DNA of 32,506 nt from Macrostomum lignano (Eukaryota). Below are positions 1 to 12,612 of this stretch, piece by piece; the first letter of the stretch is position 1, and each line of letters begins with the position of its first letter. The notes below the pieces were generated by a model, which worked only from the letters and a program-made list of their open reading frames with translations, ran no database searches and was not told the DNA's origin. The DNA is taken from the NCBI GenBank assembly GCA_002269645.1, contig NIVC01004880.1, forward strand, positions 1 to 32,506. Reading direction: 5' to 3'. Position numbers and translations under genes: made by a program.

Positions 1-1110
1 CACGATTGGTACAGATATCTGATATAATTGATACAAATACCTAATAGGATTGGTACAGATACCTAATGGAATTGGTACAGATACCTAATAGGATGGTACA
101 GATACCTAATGGAATTGGTACAGATACCTAATAGGATGGGTACAGATACCTAATGGAATTGGTACAGATACCTAATAGGATGGGTACAGATACCTAATGG
201 AATTGGTACAGATACCTAATAGGATGGGTACAGATACCTAATGGAATTGTACAGATACCTAATAGGATGGTACAGATACCTAATGGAATTGGTACAGATA
301 CCTAATAGGATGGGTACAGATACCTAATGGAATTGGTACAGATACCTAATAGGATGGGTACAGATACCTAATGGAATTGGTACAGATACCTAATAGGATG
401 GGTACAGATACCTAATGGAATTGGTACAGATACCTAATAGGATTGGTACAGATACCTAATGGAATTGGTACAGATACCTAATAGGATGGGTACAGATACC
501 TAATGGAATTGGTACAGAATACCTAATAGGATTGGTACAGATACCTAATGGAATTGGTACAGATACCTAATATGATGGGTACAGATACCTAATGGAATTG
601 GTACAGATACCTAATAGGATTGGTACAGATACCTAATAGGATTGGTACAGATACCTAATAGGATAGGTACAGATACCTAATAGGATAGGTACAGATACCT
701 AATAGGATTGGTACAGAAATACCTAACAGGATAGGTACAGATACCTAATAGGATTGGTACAGATACCTAATGGAATTGGTACAGAAATACCTAATAGGAT
801 GGGTACAGATACCTAATGGAATTGGTACAGATATAACTAATAGGATTGGTACAGATACCTAATAGGATAGGTACAGATACCTAATAGGATTGGTACAGAA
901 ATACTTAACAGGATAGGTACAGATACCTAATAGGATTGGTACAGATACCTAATGGAATTGGTACAGAAATACCTAATAGGATGGGTACAGATACCTAATG
1001 GAATTGGTACAGATACCTAATAGGATTGGTACAGATACCTAATAGGATAGGTACAGATACCTAATAGGATTGGTACAGACATCTAATAGGATTGGTACAG
1101 ATACCTAATG
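1..1110. repeat. ~22-bp minisatellite (TGGTACAGATACCTAATAGGAT / ...TAATGGAAT), truncated by the window start
   Basis: About 50 tandem copies are directly visible. Two variants alternate as a 44-bp dimer over roughly 60-600. Confidence 0.97.
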
Positions 1111-1463
1111 GGATCGGACCGATTGGTACATCATTTTAAGGTTCTCCAGCATTAATTGCACAAGGAGACGTCGCAAAGCCAATGAAACAGAAGTGAATAA
1201 ATCTGTTGGGTTTTATAGCGCATTAAAAATTGAAAGAACTCGCGGAATATCATTGTATGGATGGGCAATCAGCCAGCAGATTGGGGCAGAATTTGATAGC
1301 AAAATTTAACGGCTTAGTGAACCCGCAGCGTCAGTACAACACGATGAGACGCGCTTCGCCAAGACATTTACTGATGACGCAATGAGTATTTCGATATTCG
1401 CAATAGGCAATAAGTTTGCGCATAAAGGGATCCTGCTCGGCCATTTCGAAATTATGCATCTAA

Positions 1464-4400
1464 TCAGAGGTCATTGTTCCGAATGAAGCGATTGCCCTCC
1501 GAGTGCTTGCCGTAGTAGATGTAGCGGGACTTGCCGAAGGCCGCTGCGTGTGGGGTGGGCGGTGCGAGCTGGACTCTGATCTGGATAAGCTGCATCTAAT
1601 CTATAGACCTGATCTGGATAAGCTGCATCTAATCTATAGACCTGATCTGGATAAGCTGCATCTAATCTATAGACCTGATCTGGATAAGCTGCATCTAATC
1701 TATAGACCTGATCTGGATAAGCTGCATCTAATCTATAGACCTGATCTGGATAAGCTGCATCTAATCTATAGACCTGATCTGGATAAGCTGCATCTAATCT
1801 ATAGACCTGATCTGGATAAGCTGCATCTGATCTATAGACCTGATCTGGATAAGCTGCATCTAATCTATAGACCTGATCTGGATAAGCTGCATCTAATCTA
1901 TAGACCTGATCTGGATAAGCTGCATCTAATCTATAGACCTGATCTGGATAAGCTGCATCTGATCTATAGACCTGATCTGGATAAGCTGCATCTAATCTAT
2001 AGACCTGATCTGGATAAGCTGTATCTAATCTATAGACCTGATCTGGATAAGCTGCATCTAATCTATAGACCTGATCTGGATAAGCTGCATCTAATCTATA
2101 GACCTGATCTGGATAAGCTGCATCTGATCTATAGACCTGATCTGGATAAGCTGCATCTAATCTATAGACCTGATCTGGATAAGCTGCATCTAATCTATAG
2201 ACCTGATCTGGATAAGCTGTATCTAATCTATAGACCTGATCTGGATAAGCTGCATCTAATCTATAGACCTGATCTGGATAAGCTGCATCTAATCTATAGA
2301 CCTGATCTGGATAAGCTGTATCTAATCTATAGACCTGATCTGGATAAGCTGCATCTACTCTATAGACCTGATCTGGATAAGCTGTATCTAATCTATAGAC
2401 CTAATCTGGATAAGCTGCATCTAATCTATAGACCTGATCTGGATAAGCTGCATCTAATCTATAGACCTGATCTGGATAAGCTGCATCTGATCTATAGACC
2501 TGATCTGGATAAGCTGCATCTAATCTATAGACCTGATCTGGATAAGCTGTATCTAATCTATAGACCTGATCTGGATAAGCTGCATCTAATCTATAGACCT
2601 GATCTGGATAAGCTGCATCTAATCTATAGACCTGATCTGGATAAGCTGCATCTAATCTATAGACCTGATCTGGATAAGCTGTATCTAATCTATAGACCTA
2701 ATCTGGATAAGCTGCATCTAATCTATAGACCTGATCTGGATAAGCTGCATCTAATCTATAGACCTGATCTGGATAAGCTGCATCTGATCTATAGACCTGA
2801 TCTGGATAAGCTGCATCTAATCTATAGACCTGATCTGGATAAGCTGTATCTAATCTATAGACCTGATCTGGATAAGCTGCATCTAATCTATAGACCTGAT
2901 CTGGATAAGCTGCATCTAATCTATAGACCTGATCTGGATAAGCTGTATCTAATCTATAGACCTGATCTGGATAAGCTGCATCTACTGTAATTTATAGACC
3001 TGATCTGGATAATCTGCACCCTCTGAACTCCCGCCCCAGCTCACCTTTGTCCACGGAGTCGGGCTGGGCGGCGGCCAGGCTGGGCAGCGGGCTGTATGGC
3101 TGCCTTGCCCCGTCTTCCCCGCCAGCCGGGCCGTCGCTCTCGGCCAGGCGCACCTTCAGCAGGTAGCGGCCGCGCTGCCGGGCCTCGAGCCTCTCCCGGT
3201 CGGTGACGGGCTGGAGTCCAGGTAGCGCAGACTGGGCAACAGATGCGCCACCAGTAGTCGGTAGCGAGCGAAGTCGTCCTCGTCGAAGTCTGGCGTCGCC
3301 GAATCGACAAAGTCATCAGCGTCATCAGCAGCGGCAGCGGCGTCAGCCAGGCGGCTGATGTGCTGGAAGATGGCGTCCGGAGCGGCCGGGTTGCCCATCA
3401 GGCTGAGGAACTCCAGGCGGGGCGCCCGGCGGCCAAGCTCGGAGCACAGCTGCTCCAGGTCAGAGATCTGGCGGGGGCGAGAGTGCGTGCTGGGCGTCAT
3501 GGACAGCTAATTTGTATTTAGAGAGCAGTCCTAGGTTATGATCAGCGGTGTCTGAGACACTGTGGATCCGTGCGTGAGGGCCAGAAACTGAGGATCTGGG
3601 AGATGGGAAAGTAACTGGGGATCTGGGAGGCTGGCCTAGCAACTGGGGATCTGGGAGGCTGGCCCATCAACTGGGGATTTGGGAGGCTGGCCCATCAACT
3701 GGGGATCTGGGAGGCTGGCCCATCAACTGGGGATCTGGGAGGCTGGCCCATCAACTGGGGATCTGGGAGGCTGGCCCATCAACTGAGGATCTGGGAGGCT
3801 GGCCCAGCAACTGAGGATCTGAGAGGTGGCCCAGCAACTGAGGATCTGAGAGGTGGCCCAGCAACTGGGGATCTGAGAGGTGGCCCAGCAACTGAGGATC
3901 TGTGAGGTGGACCAGTAACTGAGGATCTGGGAGGCTGGCCCATCAACTGAAGATCTGAGAGTTGGCCCAGCAACGGGTCTGTGAGGTGGCCCATCAACTG
4001 GGGATCTGGGAGGCTGGCCCATCAACTGGGGATCTGGGAGGCTGGCCAATCAACTGGGGATCTGGGAGGCTGGCCCATCAACTGGGGATCTGGGAGGCTG
4101 GCCCATCAATTGGGGATCTGGGAGGCTGGCCCATCAACTGGGGATCTGGGAGGCTGGCCCATCAACTGGGGATCTGAGAGGTGGCCCAGCAACTGAGGAT
4201 CTGAGAGGTGGCCCAGCAACTGAGGATCTGTGAGGTGGACCAGCAACTGGGGATCTGGGAGGCTGGCCCATCAACTGAAGATCTGAGAGTTGGCCCAGCA
4301 ACGGGTCTGTGAGGTGGCCCATCAACTGGGGATCTGGGAGGCTGGCCCATCAACTGGGGATCTGGGAGGCTGGCCCATCAACTGGGGATCTGGGAGGCTG

Positions 4401-5028
4401 GCCCATCAACTGGGGATCTGGGAGGCTGGCCCATCAATTGGGGATCTGGGAGGCTGGCCCATCAACTGGGGATCTGGGAGGCTGGCCCATCAACTGAGGA
4501 TCTGAGAGGTGGCCCAGCAACTGAGGATCTGAGAGGTGGCCCAGCAATGGGTCTGTGAGGTGGACCAGCAACTGAGGATCTGAGAGGTGGCCCAGCAACG
4601 GGTCTGTGAGGTGGACCAGCAACTGGGGATCTGAGAGGTGGCCCAGCAACGGGTCTGTGAGGTGGCCCAGCAACTGGGGATCTGGCAGTGCATTCGGCCA
4701 TTCAAGCGCTGCACACTCGCCTTATTCTTATTGAGGCTGAGGGTTTCCAAATGCGGCAAGTCAGGCAGCCGCAGCTGGCTGTCCAACTCGTTGTCATCAG
4801 CTATGAGCACCTTCAGCTGCTTCAATGGCGCCAAGGAATCGAGGCTCCTGCAAAAATAAGAAAACCTGCCTGCAAATTGTGTGAAGACCTATTAGTAGAA
4901 GACAAAAGTTCATCATACAGAAACAAAAGCAAGCCATACCTGAAGTGGTTGTGTGAAATATCTAAGATTGTCACTGCAGCATCCGCATCTGGAGGCAGCT
5001 GTGACAAGTCCTGCCAACAGAAGCTCAT
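1464..5028 (-). CDS. LRMDA: LRMDA (C10orf11)-like LRR protein; complement(join(1464..1543,3045..3467,4721..4847,4940..5028)); 1-nt deletion near 3207-3211; 5' end uncertain
   Basis: The spliced translation [21 protein letters not shown]|[31 protein letters not shown]|[37 protein letters not shown](fs)[19 protein letters not shown]..|[26 protein letters not shown] matches LRMDA as I recall it ([37 protein letters not shown]). Splice sites and phases 2/0/1 are consistent. Confidence 0.9.
1576..3018. repeat. 33-bp minisatellite (CTGATCTGGATAAGCTGCATCTAATCTATAGAC), ~43 copies, filling the last LRMDA intron
   Basis: The tandem unit is directly visible and lies within intron 1544-3044. Confidence 0.98.
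3587..4685. repeat. 24-28-bp minisatellite (ACTGGGGATCTGGGAGGCTGGCCCATCA and variants) filling the LRMDA GC-AG intron
   Basis: About 40 tandem copies of mixed 28/27/24-bp variants lie within intron 3468-4720. Confidence 0.96.
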
Positions 5029-8000
5029 GGGCGACAGCTGGCATGCATTCCATATTTTGCCATTGAGGCCATATTTCTATGCATTCAGAGTAAAACAAAA
5101 TGTTATTAGGATAAGATTGGACACTGTATTGTTAGGCCTTAAACTTATAAGTAGTCCTGTTCTAAAATGGCACAATATTAAATACTTGCTTGACTTAATC
5201 ATTTTTCAAAAGGATGTGATAAAACAATTTTTGGAACTGTTTTAGAAGGCTATCAATCATGTATGTATTCAAGAAAATATCAGTTTTATATCTAAAACTC
5301 ATTTATACGATATACAAAGTAAACATTAGGCAGACAAAAATCTCTTAAGTGATTTTATCATTTTCTATTAAAAAAATTTTCACAAAATTTATATGTTGCT
5401 TTTAAAATTATGCTCAATACTTAAATAAAAAAACAGTTAATTCTTTTGAAATTTCCCATATTAAAAATATTTAAAACAAATACCAACCATGATATGCATT
5501 TGCTTATCATACAAATAGGAAAAAATGAAAAACATAAACATAGATTCTTACTATAGCCAATGCATTTTTCTATATATCTTTAAGGTACATATTTCAATAA
5601 ATATGAGAGCACAAATATACATGTAAGAAATAAGGGATAAACAATACATTAGTTCAAGGTGAAAATCAGTCTAATACAAGTGCAAAATAAAAAATCAATA
5701 ATCACTATACAAAAAATATGGAGAAAGTTTAACCCTCAGTGACTACTCACACAACTTTAAGTTGGTGCTCCAGCTGCATATTCAAGCTAGACTGCTGCAA
5801 TTTGGTATATGAAAGCTTCAACAGTTCTTAGTTGAAAACATGCATGCCCAACCTTAAAATTTCACCCATCCAGTGCAACTTAGTTTTGTTCAGATTTGCA
5901 ACTTAGTTCCCCCATGGCAACTGCAACTTAATTTTCACTTTGTATATGACTTTCTTGCCTTTTTCTTTTCTCTTCCTTCTTTCCCCTCTTTCTCTTCTCT
6001 CTCCTTTTTTCTTTTTCTTTTCTCTTCTTCTCCTTTCTTTTTTCCTCCAATCTCCCAATTTTTCATTTTTCACATTTTTTATTTTGCAACTTACCTTGGC
6101 TGGCAGCCATTTCACCCATCCGGTTTGGACGGGTCAAGCGGGTATTGGGCATATATGGTTAAAAATCTATTTAGTTTGGACCCATATAATTCCTTCAATA
6201 ACTGCATTGGATTATTGTACAACATGCATGCAACCTAATAATTGCTCTTAAATCATAGAACTTAATTAGCCAAAGCTTTACGTGCCTTTATAAATAGGCA
6301 TTGCTCTATGTTATTATCAATTCTATTACTCTATTGATCAATAGTTCCTATATAGGAAAATGGGTATAATGACTATTGATTATTAACTTTTCATTTAACT
6401 ACATTGGATTAACTTGCAATAATTATTTAATTTATTGGACTAATTTATTTTATTTAACTAAAGCTATTTAGTATCTTATGTCTAAATTAAGGAACCAAAC
6501 TGAAAGATACTAAGATTACTTAAACAAATAATTAAAAATAAAATAGCCAACCCTCCAAAAAGTTTTTATGCTCATTTCTTAGGCTCTGTTAATTTATCAT
6601 TTGAAATTTAGGTATCTAATAGAAAATTTGTGGTCTTTTAAGGAAACAGTAAATTATATTAAATATCATTAATTTTTACTTTTAGTATGCAAGATTTAAA
6701 CACGGTCTATCATTTTTAATGGATGCATGCAAACTCAGTGACAAACAAATTTGGCAATAGGAATTTAATATAGACAAATTTGGCAAAAGCAAATTTTGTA
6801 TCAATCTAAGCAAATTTGGCTATCAATAATTTTAAGTCTGATTTATTGATTGCAACCATGGCTTCAGATATAAGCCATCTATTAGACACACTTCATCCCC
6901 TTGGTTAATAATACATGACTTAAACTTAAGCATGAGCCATGAGATGTGGGCATCAACTAAGTGGACTATAGTCAAATGTAGAATATTTAAAGATATTATA
7001 TAACTATTTTTTTTATTTCACTAGAGCTATCATTCTATTAACTTGTTTAAGTACAAATAATTACATAAGTTAACAATTCCTTAATTTAGGCCTATGATTA
7101 TGTTTAATAAAATTTGCTTTAACTATGGTATAGCCTAATTGTATTTTGGTCAAAATTTTTGCAATTTTGAGAAATATAACAGGTACGATTTTGGGTCCTG
7201 CCTGCACCTTTTGCTCACATTGGATAACAAAGAGTTGAACTAGAAGCATGGTATTTCTGGGCCCAGGCTGCTGCGGTCTACAGCCCAGCTGGCAGCTGAG
7301 GCAATGGCCATGCCTTTGGGCCTGCAGATGTGGGCAAGAGAAAAGTGAAGCAAGCACCTCTACTGTCTCTCCATTTTATTTGAAAAACTGAAGAACATGC
7401 ACATGGGAACATAAAATTTTATAGGCTACATAGAACAAAATTCAAATTACGCAGCAAGTTTTAGGTGTAGGGCCTAGCTGTCCTTCACAAATATGACTGC
7501 ATTTTATGTAGCTTATAGACATAGGAAATGTGCTAAAATGGAAGTTTGTCACCTAAATTTTCATTTTCAAGAACTAGAATTCCATAGTCAGCAGCGCATG
7601 GTGTCAACACTAATATTTAGTACGCCTATGCTAAATTGAAAACTAAAAAAGCAGTTGATTAGGGGCCTAGTCAAAAAATATACTATAGTCTAGATAAGAT
7701 AAGATGGGACACATTACTAATGTCTATACCCTAGGCTACCTATATTTATAATATAACTCTTAGAGCCTCTGCCTCTAGCTCTAGCTAGGCCGTAGTCCCC
7801 TACCGGGCCTAAGACTGTGTTAGGCCTAGGCGGCGCCGTGGCAAGGCTAGACAGATATGCCTACAGTTTAATTTTAAAAATTGATATAAACTTGCATTTC
7901 AGAAAATTTGTCTTATAATTTTAGTTTTATTCGTCTATTCAGATCTAATTAGGCCTTAGCACAGCAGGTAACGAAAAATGTATTGAATATTTTTGTTCCT

Positions 8001-8299
8001 GGATGCTAGCTGGCAAGCAGGTTTTACCGAGTACTAAATGGTTTATATTTGGCTGTGTTAAATAATGTATCTACCTATGTTTAAATATCTTTTAAAAATA
8101 ATTTTTTGTGAAATAAAACATTTTTGGCTTTTAATGATGTCGTACAATTTATTTGTTTACTGTTTTGGTCCTTGCCGTTAAAAGTATTTGTTATTATATA
8201 CCAATTTGAAATTTTGCTTTTAAAACAAAGTCGATCATAGTGCCGGCACGAGTGCGGGACAGGTGGACGGAGTGGCACGATGCAAAAAAAAATTTTTGA

Positions 8300-8526
8300 G
8301 GGGACATGCCAATTATTTATCCCCAGCCCCACCTTGTGACCCGTAATGTAATTCAATTAATTTTGATTCAGGGGCCGAAAAATACCTGCAGCGCCAAAAT
8401 AATGAGTGTCCGCAAGCGTAAAAATGAGTGATATGAACACTGATTTCGAAAATAACCTAGGAATTCAGTCATGTAGAATTCTTGAAATTATCCCCCACCA
8501 TAGAATCCGGGGTGACGACGACCCTG
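8300..8526. mobile_element. Diverged partial relative of the hAT-like MITE at 12190-12612
   Basis: It shares CCCCACCTTGTGA, GCGCCAAAAT..ATGAGTG, AGTCATGTA..GAATTCTTG and CCCCACCATA.AATCC with the 12190 element, and ends in a TIR-like GACGACCCTG. I could not find the left end. Confidence 0.55.
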
Positions 8527-9044
8527 CTAATAGTCACCTAGCGCCTGTCATGGACTCTCAAGGGTAATGATGAATGATTGAGAGCCTACATGCAAGCTGA
8601 GGATGTCAAGCAGTTGAGGTTTTCTCGCTGCTTGAGGTCTTATCAGCCAAACTAGAGAGACCACGAGGCAAATATATGGGGCGCGCGTCTGGATGACGAC
8701 CGGCGCGAATTCTAACTTGAGTACTACATGTATAGTTGAGGATACCTTGCAAAATATTTTTTTATTTAAATTATTCACTGCGTGCCAATGTGGCAGATTC
8801 TAAGCCTTGTTCTAATACCCTCAGTTGTAAAACGTTGAAATTCCTTATTAAAAATCATTAAAAATCCTGCCAGTGAAAAGAATCGGGTCCATGGAAACAA
8901 CGAGCTTCGACCATGGAAACTGAAAGCCATCACATCACATACATGTAAATTAAGTTTCTTAATTGAAAATGATATAATTAAATAGTCAGAACCTCTCTCT
9001 GATCTCTTTGAAAATTTTACGTATGTTGGACTTTTTATGGAATA

Positions 9045-9066
9045 TGTGTGTGTGTGTGTGTGTGTG
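9045..9066. repeat. (TG)11 microsatellite
   Basis: Directly visible. Confidence 0.95.
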
Positions 9067-10645
9067 CATAGAGTAGATACTGAGATCCAAGCTTGGACTC
9101 TTGGTAAGCAAACAAGGACACAGTTCCAATGTTCTATAGACATATCAGATGTGCGCCCGCTAAAAAAATCTCCAGCAAAGCCAACAGAGCATCAGTCAAT
9201 TTGAATTTGACCGCAGCCTACAAGCAGCGCTCACGCAGGTGGCTGTAGCCAACTGAGTCATTGGAGTCGACGCGCACGCAACTCAGAGGCTGGCAGCAGC
9301 GGTAGGACGGCAGCTTTTCGTCGCAGAAATATCCTTTTGGGAGGCATTTGGTGCCGGCGCAGGCCGCTGCGCATCCTGTCAGGAGTTCATGGGATCAATT
9401 TCAGCTGATTCTGTTTCAGGAAAAGATGGGTCGAAGTGCGCCGAGTGGCCAAGGGGTTGGTCAGCATAGGGACAAAATCCCACAAATTCCTAATGCATCG
9501 GGCGCTACCCAAGACTGCAGCAAAGTGGTGTCTGGGGCGTCACTTGGAATATTTTGAGTATCACTTTGTGTCAAGAGCGCCACTTCCGGTGGCAGGAGCG
9601 CCACTTTTGTGCATCAAGAGCCAAACAGGTTTCGGCGCCAAAGTGACACCAACATGCGCGTAGCCAGTAAAAGCCTCTAAAAAGACGCACTATTCTTCCC
9701 CAAAATAACTCACCCATTATCAGAGAGATGATCGCAGCCAAACTCGCAAGCCTCATAGTTTTGTTTTGTCGTACATGTAAAATTAAATTTGCGGTTTTTG
9801 TTAGTACACAAACAAGCCAAAATTTATCTGTTTATCTGCTCATGGGCATGCAGCAGGCCCGGGGATTGGCTTAGTTCAATAAAGCTTTTTGCAGCCCATT
9901 TGGGCTTACGATCGAGCTACTACGTGCATTGAATTCAATCCAAGATACGTTTGCCGATGTAACGGAGCTTTTGTCTATGGCAGCAAGGCTGGCACAGCAA
10001 CTTATTGTAAAAAAATTACGATACGAAAACATGCGCATGGTACATTGACTTTTGCGAGTACGTATAAGCTATTCCATGGGTTTGAGGTCGGTATGTAATT
10101 AAATCCCGAGAGCTGAAGGCTCGAGGGATTTAAGTGAAATACCGACCGAAAAACACAGAATATCTTATTTAAACTACTTTAATTTTGCGGGATGTATTTA
10201 GATAAATCCCGGAGCCATACTTGTATGTCTATGGTTGAAGTTGGGGATGGGGGTGTGGGGGCGAAGCCCCTGCTGGGGGTGTGGGGACGAAGCCCCCATG
10301 TTCTTACCATAGACGAAACTTCATTAAGAAATTTCTCGAGTCACGAAGGAAGAGAAGAGAGAAGCTCGTTTATTTAGATACATACAATAATCCTTGCAAT
10401 ATGTCCGGGAAAGTAATCGATTGAATCCCGCAAAATAAAATCTATGTCAACAACCTCCCTGAAAGTGAGCTTTAAAGTGGTTTAAATGTAAATAACCATG
10501 AGATATTGCCGGCTGCATGGTTTCATTTATTGTGGCCGCGAATGGCCTTGAGGAGTTGTTCATGAGTCGAGACCATTGATCTTATTTTCCTGCTTGATTT
10601 TGCGGGCAAGACTATAGTATTGAGTAGTATTGTAACACGATATAT

Positions 10646-10750
10646 ATTTCTCGTGCATTAAATGACTCCAGCCAATACGCGATCACGAGCCATTTAAGCA
10701 CGCTTTTAGCGTTTTAATGCACGCTTTTACACATTTATATCGTGTTACAA
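10646..10750. repeat. Dispersed repeat fragment; inverted copy at 24037-24124
   Basis: ATTTCTCGTGCATT..ATGACTC.AGCCAA.ACGCGATCACGA..AGCACGCTTTT..ACACATTTA.ATCGTGT.ACAAT is present here and as a reverse complement at 24037-24124. Confidence 0.7.
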
Positions 10751-11046
10751 TGCTTAAGAAACGGCCCATTCTCTGCCCGATATCGGGCTGGGCCATAGAC
10801 GAAGCCAAAACGATTGTATTTAAAACGTTAAAAGTGCAACATTACAAAGAGGACAACAGTAACGATTTAATATAGTCTTGTGGTGTAACCCACGCCGTCT
10901 TTATAGTACATGGAGTAGTTCAATGCCCAAGTGGCGTTCAGAGGTACTCACTTATAGAAAAAATAGAACACAGGATCCATTTTTCTCTAGCACTGCAGTC
11001 GGCAGAACTCCATTAAAGTCCCTTTGTTCGCAGTCCGATTCTCGGC

Positions 11047-11358
11047 CATGGAGGAAAGAATAGAATGGAGTGCTAATCTGAGCCAGTTATTTTTATCTCG
11101 CTCGATTTTCGCTTTTAACATCCCTCTCCCCCCTGTTCCTTCCTATTGGCTGAAAGCATATTTTGATGCGAGCTCGTACTATGCTGGGACAGACCTTTCA
11201 GAGTGGAACAAAAACGAAAACGAGACGAAAAATACTTTGTCTATGGCAGTCACGAGCCAATTGGAAAGAACGGGGGGAAAGGGATGTTAAAAGTGAAGAT
11301 CGAGTGAGACAAAAATAACTGGCTCAGATTAGCACTCCATTCTATTCTTTCCTCCATG
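11047..11358. mobile_element. MITE with ~105-bp terminal inverted repeats, CATG termini and an 8-bp TSD (P-element-like)
   Basis: Arms run CATGGAGGAAAGAATAGAATGGAGTGCTAATCTGAGCCAGTTATTTTT... and its reverse complement. Flanks are TTCTCGGC (11039-11046) and TTCTTGGC (11359-11366). Confidence 0.8.
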
Positions 11359-12189
11359 TTCTTGGCCCGCAAGAAAATGGAATTTGTCTATGGCACAAAA
11401 TGCAAACTGTATTTCATTTTAGCTCTGCGCCTAAAAGAACGACTGACAAAGTGCGTTCTGAGAACATGATAGAAGGAGGCGAGATTTCTGGGTTGCAGCG
11501 TGAAGAAATCGACTTTGTATGCCAACTCCGTGGCCGTGGGCGAATGTTCAATCAGTACACTGGCTTGCCTGTGTCTGGAATTGGATTCAGTAAGGCGCTC
11601 GGCAACGGCCTGTTGGATGCTCTAGTAGACTACTGACGAAATTGAGTTCAGTAGTTTATTTTCACGCTGTCGCGAGATGCAAATTTTTTTACATTAGCTT
11701 CTATGACCACATAAGCGGTTAATGCTCATCTTGTGTTTACATGATCTTTGGTCGAGACGAAGCAAAGCCTCAGCCCAAGCGTGTCCGAAGCATGGATGAA
11801 TTGAACCTTCCGCAATGAAGCATGAATAGTTTTATTCACGTGGACGAGCTGGCACCATGAAGCATGCTTGTGCGCTATATGGCTCTTTGAGTCCTCTGCG
11901 TCTATACTACTACTACTATACTACTGTGGAAGCGTTTATAAGTTTCTAGGAAAGTTCATTAAATTCATTATCAGATTAATAAGTGTTAGTCATTTTGCAG
12001 TGAGAAATCCTAATAAGCATCCGGAGATATCCGCTAAGGGAAGGGAACTGGGAGTCAAGGGGATACCAAGAGTAACGCCGTGACCTTCTAATCTCGGTAA
12101 CGCCCAGACTGAAGAATAGTGCATGTACCAGAAGACCGCTCAGGCCTACCAGAACTATACTAAGACGCTACCAGAACTATACTAAGAAG

Positions 12190-12612
12190 CAGGCGCGTCG
12201 CCACCGGTGGGGGGGGCAGGGGGATGGCCCCCCAGTAAAAGATATGGGGGCATGGCAATGCTTTGGCCCCCACCCCACCTTGTGAGTCGTAGTAATCAAT
12301 AATTTTCTTCAGGGCGCCAAAATATCGCGCCTTCGGCGCCAAAATGAGTCTTGTGGCGCTAAAATGAGTGCCTGCGGCGCTAAAATGAGTGCCTGCGGCG
12401 CTAAAAGGAGTGCCTAAGGCGCTAAAATGAGTGCCTGCGGCGCTAAAAGGAGTGCCTAAGGCGCTAAAATGAGTGCCTGTGGCGCCAAAATGAGTGCCTG
12501 TGGCGCCAAAATGAGTGCCTGTGGCGCCAAAATGAGTGCCAAAATTTAGTCATGTACATGTTGAATTCTTGGCTTTGTCCTCCCCACCATAAAATCCATG
12601 GCGACGCCCCTG
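12190..12612. mobile_element. hAT-like MITE: 14-bp TIR, 8-bp TSD, internal 21-bp tandem array (12335-12540)
   Basis: TIRs are CAGGCGCGTCGCCA and TGGCGACGCCCCTG (1 mismatch). Flanks are CTAAGAAG (12182-12189) and CTAAGACG (12613-12620). The internal unit GGCGCTAAAATGAGTGCCTGC occurs about 10 times. Confidence 0.8.

Noticed and set aside
1503-2990. 495-aa ORF of ([11 protein letters not shown])n
   Set aside because: It is a by-product of a stop-free 33-bp unit, has a GTG start, and lies antisense inside an LRMDA intron whose flanking exons are well supported.
1-4685. Tandem arrays as CRISPR arrays
   Set aside because: Units are head-to-tail with no unique spacers, there are no cas genes, and the context is eukaryotic.
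3723-4701. Many short ORFs on both strands (GPPLRSSV.., WEAGP..)
   Set aside because: They are translations of the intronic 24-28-bp minisatellite.
4688-5245. 185-aa plus-strand ORF
   Set aside because: It is antisense to two LRMDA exons and runs through their introns, with no recognisable motifs.
5873-6251. F/S/L-rich and K/R/E-rich ORFs
   Set aside because: They come from a low-complexity CT-rich tract.
7070-7357. Possible upstream LRMDA exon
   Set aside because: There is an acceptor-like CTGCAG, but no homology or convincing in-phase donor, so it cannot be supported without transcripts.
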